Virus record (IMG/VR): IMGVR_UViG_3300027969_002881
Location: 32,001 to 96,000 of that record
DNA: 64,000 nt
Direction: 5' to 3' (one strand)
From: a virus
Of the stretch, positions 36,244 to 46,282 are shown piece after piece. Below the pieces are notes generated by a model. It was given only the letters and a program-made list of their open reading frames with translations. It was not told the origin of the DNA and made no database searches. The position numbers and the translations under genes are program-made. Position 1 is the stretch's first letter. The number at the start of each line of letters is the position of its first letter.

Positions 36244-37308
36244 TTAAAGTACCTTATAATTTCCAATTGGAAGTTTTTCTAAATTCTTAACACTACAAAC
36301 TTCTGTGCAACGATAAATTCTATCTTCTTTACCAAACCCATGTTCGGTTGATTTCCAACTTGCCACTAAATCATTGACATAAAATTCATGTTTCAATATA
36401 TCACTTATACTGTTTTCACTGATATCATTCCATTTATCTGATCCATAAACTTCGTACAAACGTTTGAGTAGTATATCCATTTTACCTTGATCATTTGTAA
36501 TCAAACCATTTTGCATAAAACAGCAGGGCCATAGTTTGCTGTCAAAACTAATAAAGTACATTTTCTTTTCTTTATTATTACAACATATATCGTTGTTTAC
36601 TGTGTTTTTTAAGTTGTTATTAATATCAATCAATGATGACACTGGTATATGCCTATCTGCTATAGCGTTTTTACGCTGTTGCACTACATCCAAGCCCAAT
36701 GATGTAATCAAACTTCTATCATGTCTGCTGGCAAATTGACAAAAACCCATGTTAACACTGAGTTCTTTAGCCTGAGTTATTTGATGCTCATTCCATGGAA
36801 ATATCAAATATTGCCAAAACGCTCTACCGCCTTCATTGATAAAAGTTTCTGCATTTTCCATGATCTTAGACCATGTGGTGTTTTGCCTATACAAATGGTT
36901 GGTGTCTTCTAAACCATCAATGCTGAATTTAAGCATATGATTATAATTCTTTTTTAACACAGCGGCTAATTTTTTCCAATATGCTACATTACGCAAACTG
37001 GCATTTGTATGTATTATGATGTTATATCTACCAACTGTGCTGGCAAAATCTAAGAACTCTAGAAATTCAGGATGCATCAGCGGATCGTCGATTGTTCCGC
37101 AAAACTCTAATTCTTCTACAGTAGCAAACTCTGGTGCAGTTAAAATCTTTTTAAATACATCAAATGAAATATATTGTTTGTCTGGAATTGAAAACTTCTT
37201 ATTTAAAAACGTTCTGGCATCAGTTCTAACACAACCTAAACAAAGAGCATTACACATTGAACTTAGTTCAAATTGAAGTTTTGTTGGGCCTGTTAAATAA
37301 TTATTCAT
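36244..37308 (-). CDS. radical SAM protein 11
   Basis: CNALCLGC, FCGTIDDP, FSIDGLEDTNHLYR; PCCF...CTEVC. Confidence 0.92.
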   Translation of the reverse strand: MNNYLTGPTKLQFELSSMCNALCLGCVRTDARTFLNKKFSIPDKQYISFDVFKKILTAPEFATVEELEFCGTIDDPLMHPEFLEFLDFASTVGRYNIIIHTNASLRNVAYWKKLAAVLKKNYNHMLKFSIDGLEDTNHLYRQNTTWSKIMENAETFINEGGRAFWQYLIFPWNEHQITQAKELSVNMGFCQFASRHDRSLITSLGLDVVQQRKNAIADRHIPVSSLIDINNNLKNTVNNDICCNNKEKKMYFISFDSKLWPCCFMQNGLITNDQGKMDILLKRLYEVYGSDKWNDISENSISDILKHEFYVNDLVASWKSTEHGFGKEDRIYRCTEVCSVKNLEKLPIGNYKVL

Positions 37309-38261
37309 ATTTTTACCTTAGGTATCAATACGTCATTGGTACAGGTGCAATATTTAATTGTACATATCTCAGGAACTAACGCTGGCAATCCTTTAAAATC
37401 AATGATGTTACCAATTAGTTCGGCTTGGTTACAAGCACTTTTTCTAATATTTCCATAAGCATCAAGTAAGATGTGATTGATACCCATTGTACATTCCCAA
37501 CCAGTGAAAGTGTTCTTTAAATTATTAACATACTCAACTTCATCTAGATGCTCGACATGTCCATTGTCAAATTCTATAGAATTTTCTCCATAATAGTTAT
37601 TTTCTGGTGGGGGGAATCCTGTTCCTTTAATTCCTAATCCACTATTAGCTTCTAACCATGCCAATTGTTCATTATTATATTCGTAGCTGGCATCACTTTG
37701 CTGACTTTCTCGTTTAAACACTCTACTAGGTTCTAATGTAATATCTTTAAAAGTTTTGAATCTCTCAAAAGCATCCTGTGATTTAGACCACAGTGGCGGA
37801 TACATAAGTGTAAATACTCCTACATTTGTTTGTGTGCCAATGTATTCGACTTTTTCGAATATACTGTCATCTACACTTTCTGGATGGTAACTGATAGTTA
37901 CTTTGTAAATTTTTTTAGCATAATCTTTCCACCAATCTAAGCTTCGGCTGCCATTTGTGTTAACATATAAACACCAACCCTTTTCATTACAAAACTCAAT
38001 GATTGTTTCTAGACTAGGACTAATTGTAGGCTCGCCACCATTTAAAAAGATGTGTACGCTACGGCCGTGTAATTGTTCTGCTAATTTAATTAGAAAATCT
38101 TTTATAATTTTCGGATCTTCTAATTTATTTTTTAGAACATTTACTCCACGATGCAACAATTCAGGGCAGTAACTACAGTGATAAGTGCAAAGACTATTAA
38201 TAGTCCAGTCCAAGACGAATCGATTGACTTCATTGTATATTTTAATAGGGTTCATTATCAA
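37305..38261 (-). CDS. radical SAM protein 12
   Basis: CTYHCSYC, LNGGEPT, WECTMG...CTC; paralog of 20437..21603. Confidence 0.92.
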   Translation of the reverse strand: MIMNPIKIYNEVNRFVLDWTINSLCTYHCSYCPELLHRGVNVLKNKLEDPKIIKDFLIKLAEQLHGRSVHIFLNGGEPTISPSLETIIEFCNEKGWCLYVNTNGSRSLDWWKDYAKKIYKVTISYHPESVDDSIFEKVEYIGTQTNVGVFTLMYPPLWSKSQDAFERFKTFKDITLEPSRVFKRESQQSDASYEYNNEQLAWLEANSGLGIKGTGFPPPENNYYGENSIEFDNGHVEHLDEVEYVNNLKNTFTGWECTMGINHILLDAYGNIRKSACNQAELIGNIIDFKGLPALVPEICTIKYCTCTNDVLIPKVKI

Positions 38262-39414
38262 ACCATTCTATGTATTCTGGAAAAACTGTTCTCCAGTTCG
38301 TATTTCTAATTGAGTCTATGTTAGTTATTGCTTTTCTAAACAATTTAGCATTAGATGTATCATTGGAAATATTAAATTTTAAATTACTATACCAACCGTT
38401 GATAAATTTATGACCCACATTACTAGACTTGACATATTCTTCTAACTTAGTTAGTTCTGGTAGAAATCTATGATCTAATATCTCTGTTCTAAAAAACTTT
38501 TGATGCGGATAATTGTAATCAAACTTTATATTGTAAGATGAAAAGAATTTAACAAAGTCAACTATATTTACTATGCTAAACGGATTTATTGTTAATCTGA
38601 TGTTATGTTGATCTGATTTTGAATTATGTATTTTGAAATTATCGACGAAATTACTCCAAACCAATCCTCCCCTAACATATTCAGCACGTTCTTCTAAATT
38701 TTCTACGCTAGTAGTTATTAGTAATTTAAGATTATATTTGGACTTTAATTCTTTTACCATTTCATAAAAATGAAGTAAATTATGAATATCAACATTTGTG
38801 TTCGTTGATATCGACATTCGTACTGATCTATCTTTGTCTTTTTCACAAAATGTTTGTAATATTGTTTTGATATTTTCATTGAAATTGTCAACAATAAATG
38901 GTTCTCCACCAGTGAGGCCAATCTCCATCACCTTCACTGAGCTAGGGATAGAATCGACGAATTGTATAATATGTTCAAAATTTATTACTGGGTCTATTTT
39001 TTCTTTAGCCCAAGAGAATATTTCTCCAGTATCATTTTTTACCCAGCTACCGTATCTAGCAATAGAACTGCTTAACGTATAAGTGCAATAGTAACAAGTT
39101 TGATTGCATAGCGAGCTGGTTTGTAAATTTAAGTTTATAATGGTAGATGGTATTTGGCGACTAGTTCTCCAGCTAGCTTTTCCGGCTGCCTCTAAATCCC
39201 AACAATCTTTACATCTGGCAGTTTTAATTCCCTGTGATAATTCTGTTCTTGCTTTTATTGTTTCAGTGTTATTGCTAAAATAGTTAAAGCCTAATTCTTT
39301 TACTTCATTGATGTTTAACTGTATGGGTTCAAATTTGCAACAGTGACTCATTTCCCCGCTGATCAGATTTATATCGTAAGAGTTATATAATTCATTGCAT
39401 TTAATCGCTGCCAT
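38242..39414 (-). CDS. radical SAM protein 13
   Basis: CNQTCYYC, LTGGEP; KC...HCCK...CKDC; start 39414 (alt 39435). Confidence 0.9.
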   Translation of the reverse strand: MAAIKCNELYNSYDINLISGEMSHCCKFEPIQLNINEVKELGFNYFSNNTETIKARTELSQGIKTARCKDCWDLEAAGKASWRTSRQIPSTIINLNLQTSSLCNQTCYYCTYTLSSSIARYGSWVKNDTGEIFSWAKEKIDPVINFEHIIQFVDSIPSSVKVMEIGLTGGEPFIVDNFNENIKTILQTFCEKDKDRSVRMSISTNTNVDIHNLLHFYEMVKELKSKYNLKLLITTSVENLEERAEYVRGGLVWSNFVDNFKIHNSKSDQHNIRLTINPFSIVNIVDFVKFFSSYNIKFDYNYPHQKFFRTEILDHRFLPELTKLEEYVKSSNVGHKFINGWYSNLKFNISNDTSNAKLFRKAITNIDSIRNTNWRTVFPEYIEWFDNEPY

Positions 39415-40180
39415 GGATATCTTTCCATTTGACATAATACTCTATGTCTTTACTGGGCACAACAAAATCTGACAACATCAACGGTAATTCAAATCTGTTA
39501 TTTTCTATTGTATCTATTATTTTATTAGCTAGTATCATATTGTTTTCTTCTGATAAATGACACTTGCGATAGTCAGTGAAGTATTTATCGTCTTTTATGT
39601 GACCAAAATTAATGTCATTATTTTTATATTTTTCTACAAAACCTAGACTATGCTGTTCCATAAATTGAACTTCTATTAGACTAGTCTCATCGCCAATATC
39701 TTCAACTGAATCGTTGAAACAATTAATAAAAATTGTATTGTTAGTAGATCTCTTAAGTTTGTCAAGCAATGCATAGTGAAATTCTTTTTCTACTTCGTAG
39801 TCTTTCCAATAAGCATAGTATGTTACCAGACTAGAATAAACATTTTTTAACAACTCGTAATTCTCAGGAGGGAATTTTTCATTACGCATTTGAAATGTCA
39901 ATAGAGATGATAAGTTATTATAGCCCGCTCTAGACACATTTTCTTCTAAGAATTTAGAATATAATCTATGTGTTTCTGTAATTAAAAATATGTTTACATC
40001 GTATTTGTCATGATGTTCTTGGAACTTTTTGTAACTCCAATAAAAGCTAGTACCTTGTGCGGCATAATTAGTAACTGTATTATATTTTTCTTTAACTACA
40101 TCAACCCAAGCAGGGCCTTGAATATCTCTAGACTCAATTTCATATGAAGCAAAGCTGTCGCCATATATTGCTATTCTCAT
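39401..40180 (-). CDS. SGNH/GDSL-like protein 3
   Basis: IAIYGDSF, NYAAQGTS, CHLSEENN; paralog of 17040..17753. Confidence 0.6.
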   Translation of the reverse strand: MRIAIYGDSFASYEIESRDIQGPAWVDVVKEKYNTVTNYAAQGTSFYWSYKKFQEHHDKYDVNIFLITETHRLYSKFLEENVSRAGYNNLSSLLTFQMRNEKFPPENYELLKNVYSSLVTYYAYWKDYEVEKEFHYALLDKLKRSTNNTIFINCFNDSVEDIGDETSLIEVQFMEQHSLGFVEKYKNNDINFGHIKDDKYFTDYRKCHLSEENNMILANKIIDTIENNRFELPLMLSDFVVPSKDIEYYVKWKDIHGSD

Positions 40181-41352
40181 TTAAACTGTTCCTCAAATGC
40201 ATCATGTGTAGTGCCGCAAGTCTTGGCACATACTGCCAGTTTTCCTTCGGCACAGCTATTTTTATTCCAGCTATTAGGGATAATTTCCTGCATAAATTTA
40301 CCTTCAACAACATGCTTAATGCTATGTTGTTTCAAGTCAAGTGAATCTAAGCCAGCTTCATTGATAGCGTTCCATATTTGACCGCCCTTAGCTTTCCAAT
40401 ACCAAACATACATTTGACCAGCTGTCCAACAACACGGTTGTAAATATCCTTCAGCTGTGACATAAATGCTTTTCTCTTCTGCTACTTTACATTTGATAGG
40501 TACAGTGTCCCAATACTTTTCCATGGGCTTTTTCTTTTCTGGATCAGCGGTAAATTTTTGAGCACCAACTCGACCTTTTAATCCATTTACTGTAGTTATG
40601 AGATCATTTGGGTTTGTATTATCCTGTCTTTTAGCAATGTTTTCTAAATCTTTAATAGCGGCATTATGATATTTTGGATCAGTGGGCATTGTCAACAACG
40701 TAGTAGCAACTCCTTTGCGATTGCCAGCCTGATGGTCTTGTTTAACTTCGCCGCGAGTATTACTAAAAAATCTATTACTCTTTTTAATGTTAAACTTTTC
40801 AAAGCCCATCTTAGTTGCTAATGTCTGTGCTTCTTCTACTTGATGTTCATTGTGTGCAAATACAATATAGTCCCAACGTGCTCTGCCGCCCGCATCTATA
40901 AATGCCTGAGCATTTTCCATTATCTTAGTCCACACAGTTCCTTGACGATATAAATGATTAGTGTCTTCTAATCCATCTACGCCAAATATAACGTAACCTT
41001 TTTTTCCTATTACACCCGCAAGCTTGGCCCACCATTCAGGCTTTTTCATACTGCCATTTGTATGCATACTAAGATTAAGGCTTGAGTTATGTTCTCTAAA
41101 ATAAGCAAACGCTTCTAATGTATCTGCAGCTACGGCGGGATCACCATAGTTGCCGCACATATACAATCTGTTTAACTGTTTAATAAACTCTACAGGGAAT
41201 ATGTGTTTAATGTCAGCAATGCCGAGTTCTGCGCCGTGTAACAATGGGCTTACTTCGCCCCCATTTAAATTCCTAGCACACATAGGACAAGAGGCATTAC
41301 ATGCTTCTGTCATTTCTAAATGCACAGTGGTAATATCACTGTAATTATACAT
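40177..41352 (-). CDS. radical SAM protein 14
   Basis: CNASCPMC, MCGNYGDP, VDGLEDTNHLYR; PCCW...CAKTC. Confidence 0.93.
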   Translation of the reverse strand: MYNYSDITTVHLEMTEACNASCPMCARNLNGGEVSPLLHGAELGIADIKHIFPVEFIKQLNRLYMCGNYGDPAVAADTLEAFAYFREHNSSLNLSMHTNGSMKKPEWWAKLAGVIGKKGYVIFGVDGLEDTNHLYRQGTVWTKIMENAQAFIDAGGRARWDYIVFAHNEHQVEEAQTLATKMGFEKFNIKKSNRFFSNTRGEVKQDHQAGNRKGVATTLLTMPTDPKYHNAAIKDLENIAKRQDNTNPNDLITTVNGLKGRVGAQKFTADPEKKKPMEKYWDTVPIKCKVAEEKSIYVTAEGYLQPCCWTAGQMYVWYWKAKGGQIWNAINEAGLDSLDLKQHSIKHVVEGKFMQEIIPNSWNKNSCAEGKLAVCAKTCGTTHDAFEEQFK

Positions 41353-42209
41353 TATTTTACTCCGTAAAGAGCGTACCTTTTATATTTAGGAAATGTAATT
41401 TCTCCGCGATAGTAAATTGTTGTCATTGGATACTTTCTTAAAAAGTCTGGCAACGTTTCGGAGTAATTAATATGCTCTTCAATGGGATCGCTGTTATTTT
41501 CGATGAACACAGTTGTACCTGACTTTAATTTGTTAAACCATTCGGTGTCCATATGTTCACTGCTGGTATTGATAACCAAGTCTGCATCTAGAATCTTATC
41601 ATAGAAGGTTAGATTGTTTTCATGGTCAAAACAATCGTTGATAGATTTATTTTCAACGTAAGCATCTGGATTAATAATTTCTATCAATTCGTTGATACTA
41701 GCATCTGGATCAATGCTAAACAATTTGTTATAATTAATGTCTTTAAGATATAGGCTATGATGTGTTAGCCAGCCGCCGATTAATAATACGTTTGTAAAAT
41801 TTAAGTTAAACTTGGACAAAATTTCAGCCATCCATATCTTACTAAGTACTTGACTTTTAGAAAAAATTATAGGTAATACAACTTCGTAACCTTCATCGAT
41901 CATTTTAAAAAGTTTACGAATAAATTCATCTTCTGGCCATATAGAATATAAAGTACCAACAATATCTCTTGTAGTGACTTCGTCTAGTGAACATACATTT
42001 GTGTAAAAATTTAATCGATCTTCACGGAACGCTACTGGATACTTGTTATAGTCATCGGATATTAAATTTTTAAGAGACCATGGCTTTGATTGTTGATCTG
42101 CATATTTTAGATTTATAATATTTCTTATAAATTGCTTTTTTCTTACATCTTGTGTAAAATGAAAATATTTTTCTATTCCAAAAAGCCACGTGATTTTATC
42201 TGTGTCCAT
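41352..42209 (-). CDS. putative class I SAM-dependent methyltransferase
   Basis: VLLIGGW, SIDPD, DLVINTSSEHM. Confidence 0.6.
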   Translation of the reverse strand: MDTDKITWLFGIEKYFHFTQDVRKKQFIRNIINLKYADQQSKPWSLKNLISDDYNKYPVAFREDRLNFYTNVCSLDEVTTRDIVGTLYSIWPEDEFIRKLFKMIDEGYEVVLPIIFSKSQVLSKIWMAEILSKFNLNFTNVLLIGGWLTHHSLYLKDINYNKLFSIDPDASINELIEIINPDAYVENKSINDCFDHENNLTFYDKILDADLVINTSSEHMDTEWFNKLKSGTTVFIENNSDPIEEHINYSETLPDFLRKYPMTTIYYRGEITFPKYKRYALYGVK

Positions 42210-42882
42210 TTAATCCTATCCATTCTTTAAATTTATCTTCCAACCAAACAAAGTCATTGACTTTCATTGTATCATAGTCTTTGGATGCCCAAAGACATCC
42301 TTCTCTGGCGCCCTGTATCGCAAAATATCCATATTGTGTTTCTAATCCTGCTTCGCACCACATTGTTAAACGATCTTGACTTTCCTGGTCATTGTTGTTT
42401 TTATTAATGCCTGCGCTGAGTTTGACTGCTTCCCTAAATGCTGTGCGCCATGTACTATATGGTGTGTAATTAAAACGATGTTCGCTGGCCAGTATGTTTA
42501 GTTTTATATAACCATCTGCTAGAGTAGTTGTCATATCTGGCTTGTCTAGTCTCTCAGCACTAAAGCAATCTTTGCTAAACAATTTGATACCACCATGACC
42601 ATACACTAATCCATTAATAGGATTTTTAGCACGAAATACTGCTACATATTTTGGTTTGAGTTCTATTTGTTTATCAAATGTAAATCCGTCTACGATCCAG
42701 CAATCGGCATCAACTACATAAAATCTGTCAGTACCACATAAATTAGCAACGTGCTTATGACTTTCAAATATTGTACCCACGCTGGCCACTGCTTCGGCCC
42801 ATGGTGCAATAGATTGAAGTCTTTCCCAATTCTCATTAAGGTTGTCTTCGTCTGTGTATAGAAAATATACAGGTATATTCAT
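42196..42882 (-). CDS. GT-A-like (DxD) glycosyltransferase-like protein, paralog A
   Basis: VVDADC, NGLVYGHGGIKLF, WRTAFREAVKL; start reassigned to 42882. Confidence 0.6.
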   Translation of the reverse strand: MNIPVYFLYTDEDNLNENWERLQSIAPWAEAVASVGTIFESHKHVANLCGTDRFYVVDADCWIVDGFTFDKQIELKPKYVAVFRAKNPINGLVYGHGGIKLFSKDCFSAERLDKPDMTTTLADGYIKLNILASEHRFNYTPYSTWRTAFREAVKLSAGINKNNNDQESQDRLTMWCEAGLETQYGYFAIQGAREGCLWASKDYDTMKVNDFVWLEDKFKEWIGLNGHR

Positions 42883-42883
42883 A

Positions 42884-43909
42884 TCAGTACTTGGGTAAAG
42901 TAAATCCATATAATGGCAATGCGCTTTGATTTAATAACGCTGGCCAACCTACACCTTTGCCAGGACTGATATTCACATGTTTAAACCATTCACTTTGTTC
43001 AGCATCTAACTCCGCTAGCGGCAAGCCTAGACTGTCTTTTAAATCTGTTAATAATTTACGATTATGACTTTCTAGGTATTCCCCATGATTTAAAATTTGA
43101 GATTGTTGTTCCCAGAATGTGTTAAACCAATCATAGTCTGCAATTACTGTGTGATCGAAATTTTCTACATATAACTTATATGCCGCTAACCTTGCACCAT
43201 ATATAACCCAGGCACCATTTTCAATGTCTCGACCCACTGTCATCCATATTAACCAACGAGCATAATTAGCGGGATACATTTTATGTTTGAAATCTTCTAA
43301 TGGAACTTTGTTACCTTGGTCCAGGCCCATCTTAATACCTTCACGGAATCCTGCTCTAAATGATTGCTTGGCACTGGAGTTATTGTGAACAACGCCGTAT
43401 GTATTATTCATTTGCTTGTAGTTTTCAGGATCCCAGCAAAAGTCTACATTGTTTGTGCCATCTTCAGGGTTGGCAGCTTCATGACTTTTCATATTCATAA
43501 CATGTTCAGTATACCATAGTTTAACGCCGCCATTGCCGTATACTAATCCATTGACAATATTACGACTACTCCAACTTAATGTAGCTTCTGCGATATCAGG
43601 AGTGAGTTCAACGCTTTTAGACCATATAGCTTTGTCTACTTTACAGTCAGCATCTACTGTAAAAAATCTAGGAGCATTTGAAACTCGTCCAGCTTCTTTA
43701 TGGGCGGCGTCGAACCCTTTAACACCATGAACCCTGCGTATCTGTTGTGCGTTAGGATGATTGTCTAGCAAATATTGAAAGTTTTCATCTGCATTAGGTT
43801 CATCGTAACTTAAAAAGACTACAGGGATATCTTTTAATTTTAATAAGGGATTTGGTTCCGTCTTATTAACTTTTATAATTTTATTTCCTAGAGAATTTAG
43901 TAAACTCAT
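42884..43909 (-). CDS. GT-A-like glycosyltransferase-like protein, paralog B
   Basis: FLSYDEPNADEN, RVHGVKGFDAAH, TVDADC, NGLVYGNGGVKLW. Confidence 0.6.
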   Translation of the reverse strand: MSLLNSLGNKIIKVNKTEPNPLLKLKDIPVVFLSYDEPNADENFQYLLDNHPNAQQIRRVHGVKGFDAAHKEAGRVSNAPRFFTVDADCKVDKAIWSKSVELTPDIAEATLSWSSRNIVNGLVYGNGGVKLWYTEHVMNMKSHEAANPEDGTNNVDFCWDPENYKQMNNTYGVVHNNSSAKQSFRAGFREGIKMGLDQGNKVPLEDFKHKMYPANYARWLIWMTVGRDIENGAWVIYGARLAAYKLYVENFDHTVIADYDWFNTFWEQQSQILNHGEYLESHNRKLLTDLKDSLGLPLAELDAEQSEWFKHVNISPGKGVGWPALLNQSALPLYGFTLPKY

Positions 43910-44630
43910 TTTTCATCCATTCTAAATCATTAATAACACGCAAGGCTTCGACCTTGCCTGTATTTTTTAATCCATAGTTCCTGCCTTGTTTTGCACCGGC
44001 TATGGCATACTTACCAAAAGGTTGTTTTGCACCTTTAGTAGTCCATATTTTAAGACGTTGATTACTTTCTTCTACAACACGATTTATAGCTTCGTCGTTA
44101 TAGTTTAATTTATGCCTTAATTCTTCGTTGGTTAAATTAGAGGCTAGTTTAACACATTCGCGAAAGGCACTGCGCCACGTGCTAAACTCGTCATAGTTAA
44201 ATTTAGTAATATTACTTACTTGATCAAAGACTTTAATATTTAATCCAAATCCAGTGGTAAAGTCAACTGTGTCTGGATTTTTACTCAGTAAAGATTGCTT
44301 AGGTAACAGTTTAACGCCTCCGTGACCGTATGTCAAGTCATTTATAGGATTTATACTATTCCACAAACAGAGACATTCATTTTCTGGAATATCCCACCAC
44401 TTCTTATATTTACTGGGTGTAAAGAAAAAATCAAAGTCATTTAATATAATTGCATCGCTGTCTACTACATAAAAATTGTTAGTAAGACTACGACGAGCAC
44501 ATTCTTGATGTGCTGCCGTAAAACCAGTTATACCATTGACACGTCGAACATGTGGAACTTTCTCTTTAAGAAGTTCGTAATTTTCGTCAGCGTAAGGTTC
44601 GTTGTAACTAAGAAAGAAAACATCTAGCAT
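43881..44630 (-). CDS. GT-A-like glycosyltransferase-like protein, paralog C
   Basis: FLSYNEPYADEN, VVDSDA, YGHGGVKL, WRSAFRECVKL. Confidence 0.6.
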   Translation of the reverse strand: MLDVFFLSYNEPYADENYELLKEKVPHVRRVNGITGFTAAHQECARRSLTNNFYVVDSDAIILNDFDFFFTPSKYKKWWDIPENECLCLWNSINPINDLTYGHGGVKLLPKQSLLSKNPDTVDFTTGFGLNIKVFDQVSNITKFNYDEFSTWRSAFRECVKLASNLTNEELRHKLNYNDEAINRVVEESNQRLKIWTTKGAKQPFGKYAIAGAKQGRNYGLKNTGKVEALRVINDLEWMKNEFTKFSRK

Positions 44631-44638
44631 TATACGAG

Positions 44639-44644
44639 TATTTA
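44639..44644 (-). promoter_or_regulatory. putative late promoter core TAAATA
   Basis: intergenic, 8 nt before ATG 44630, no SD. Confidence 0.35.
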
Positions 44645-44654
44645 ATATTTTTAC

Positions 44655-46127
44655 TCATGATAATACAGGTACATTGTATTTCTTGTAAAAGTCTTTGGCA
44701 TCTTTAAGATTGTTAACCATTGGCTGACCTTTGATGTTCAAGCTGGTATTCAATAACATTGGACAGCCAGTTTCACTGTACCAATTTTCTAATAGTTTAC
44801 GGAAGCCCGGGCTGTCATTTTTGCCCACTGTTTGTACACGACTTGTTCCGTCTTTGTGTATGATAGCAGGAAACTCGTCAGGTCGAGTACAACGAGCAAC
44901 AAACTGCATATATGGACTAGCGGTTATATTTGCGGGCATATCGAAATAGTCATGTACATGTTCTTCTAGGATTGCTGGTGCAAATGGTCTGAATTGCTGT
45001 CTTCGCTTGATTGCGTTGACTGTGTCTTTGATTTCGGAACCTCTAGGATCTGCCAATAAGCTTCGGTGCCCAAGAGCACGTGGTCCGAACTCAGCCTTGC
45101 CGCTAGCCACTCCCACAATTTTATCTCTTGTAAGTATACTAATAGTTTCATCAACTGGATATTCCTCGCCTATGTTTGTGCCGAGATATGCTCCTGGCCA
45201 CGTAACTTGCTCGCCAAAGAAAGCGGCCACTGCTCCGACACTACTTCCAGCATCTCCGGGGTTTGGCATAATCCAAACTCGGTCCCAGTCTCCTGTGATT
45301 TCACTGTTGGCCACACAGTTAAGAGCACAACCGCCCATTAATACAATGTTCTTGCTGGGCAAGTTTGCTCTAGCCCAACGACTAATACCTTGTAGTATTT
45401 CAGTGTACACTTGTTGAGTAGCGGCGGCTAAATCAAATGTATCTTGTTCGCTGAGTAAATCTAAACGCCAATCAGGACAGCCACGATGCAAGTTACGTTT
45501 AAACTTAATTTCGGGTCCGTTGATTACACTGAAGAAATCTTCGTATATATCGGCTTTGTATTTGTTGGGGTCACCGTATGCTGCCATGCCCATGAGAATA
45601 TATTCTTCTTCATTGGGTTTTAATCCTATACGTTGTGTCATAGCACTGAACCAAAGTCCTAGACTATCCGGATAACCTTGTGTATAGACTTTCTTTAAGT
45701 CATTGCCCTGACCTTGCCATACAGTAAGAGTTTCAAACTCGCCAATACTGTCAATAACGACAACTGTAGCATCACTTAATCCGCTGGTATAATATCCTGC
45801 GGCAGCATGACTTTTGTGATGTTCACCGAAGTGTAAAGATTGTGTTAAATTATATTTTGCAAGATACGTTTTAACATCATTTTCTTTAGTTCTGTCGCCT
45901 TGCCCTGCCATAAATTGTCTAGCAGTTTTTAAGTCAGGATTTTCATACCAAACAATTAAGTCTGGTTTTCCATACTGTTCAGCATCCTGTATAATACCTG
46001 CACACAAGTCGCCATCGTTTTTAATTCCGCTATATCGTTCGCTGTGTGCCGCAAATTGTAATTGTTTATCGTGCCAAACGCTAACGGCAGCGTCGTGACT
46101 GTTGGCACTAATTCCCCAAATATTCAT
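44655..46127 (-). CDS. O-carbamoyltransferase (NodU/CmcH/TobZ family)
   Basis: HDAA, ERYSGIK, HHKSHAA, EFGPRALGHRS, KRRQQFRPFAP, LNTSLN. Confidence 0.93.
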   Translation of the reverse strand: MNIWGISANSHDAAVSVWHDKQLQFAAHSERYSGIKNDGDLCAGIIQDAEQYGKPDLIVWYENPDLKTARQFMAGQGDRTKENDVKTYLAKYNLTQSLHFGEHHKSHAAAGYYTSGLSDATVVVIDSIGEFETLTVWQGQGNDLKKVYTQGYPDSLGLWFSAMTQRIGLKPNEEEYILMGMAAYGDPNKYKADIYEDFFSVINGPEIKFKRNLHRGCPDWRLDLLSEQDTFDLAAATQQVYTEILQGISRWARANLPSKNIVLMGGCALNCVANSEITGDWDRVWIMPNPGDAGSSVGAVAAFFGEQVTWPGAYLGTNIGEEYPVDETISILTRDKIVGVASGKAEFGPRALGHRSLLADPRGSEIKDTVNAIKRRQQFRPFAPAILEEHVHDYFDMPANITASPYMQFVARCTRPDEFPAIIHKDGTSRVQTVGKNDSPGFRKLLENWYSETGCPMLLNTSLNIKGQPMVNNLKDAKDFYKKYNVPVLS

Positions 46128-46267
46128 TTGTAAATAAAAGGGTCTCGTCGGCGTAGTTCTTCTAGGCGTTTTTTAAGTTGTTCTTCATATTGCAACTCTT
46201 CCTGTGTTTTTTGTTTTTCTTCGACAACAGGTTGTTGGTCGGGTTGTTGATTAGTATTGTTTTCCAT
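46124..46267 (-). CDS. 47-aa peptide (not in ORF track)
   Basis: hand-translated MENNTNQQPDQQPVVEEKQKTQEELQYEEQLKKRLEELRRRDPFIYK; ATGA-coupled to carbamoyltransferase. Confidence 0.75.
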   Translation of the reverse strand: MENNTNQQPDQQPVVEEKQKTQEELQYEEQLKKRLEELRRRDPFIYK

Positions 46268-46272
46268 AATAA

Positions 46273-46280
46273 TATTTATA
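46273..46280 (-). promoter_or_regulatory. T4-type late promoter TATAAATA
   Basis: exact consensus on - strand, 5 nt before ATG 46267. Confidence 0.65.
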
Positions 46281-46282
46281 GT

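Noticed and set aside
35285-44640. 10-mer TATACGAGTA next to two late-promoter cores, in opposite orientations
   Set aside because: Only two instances with inconsistent orientation and position; insufficient for a regulatory motif
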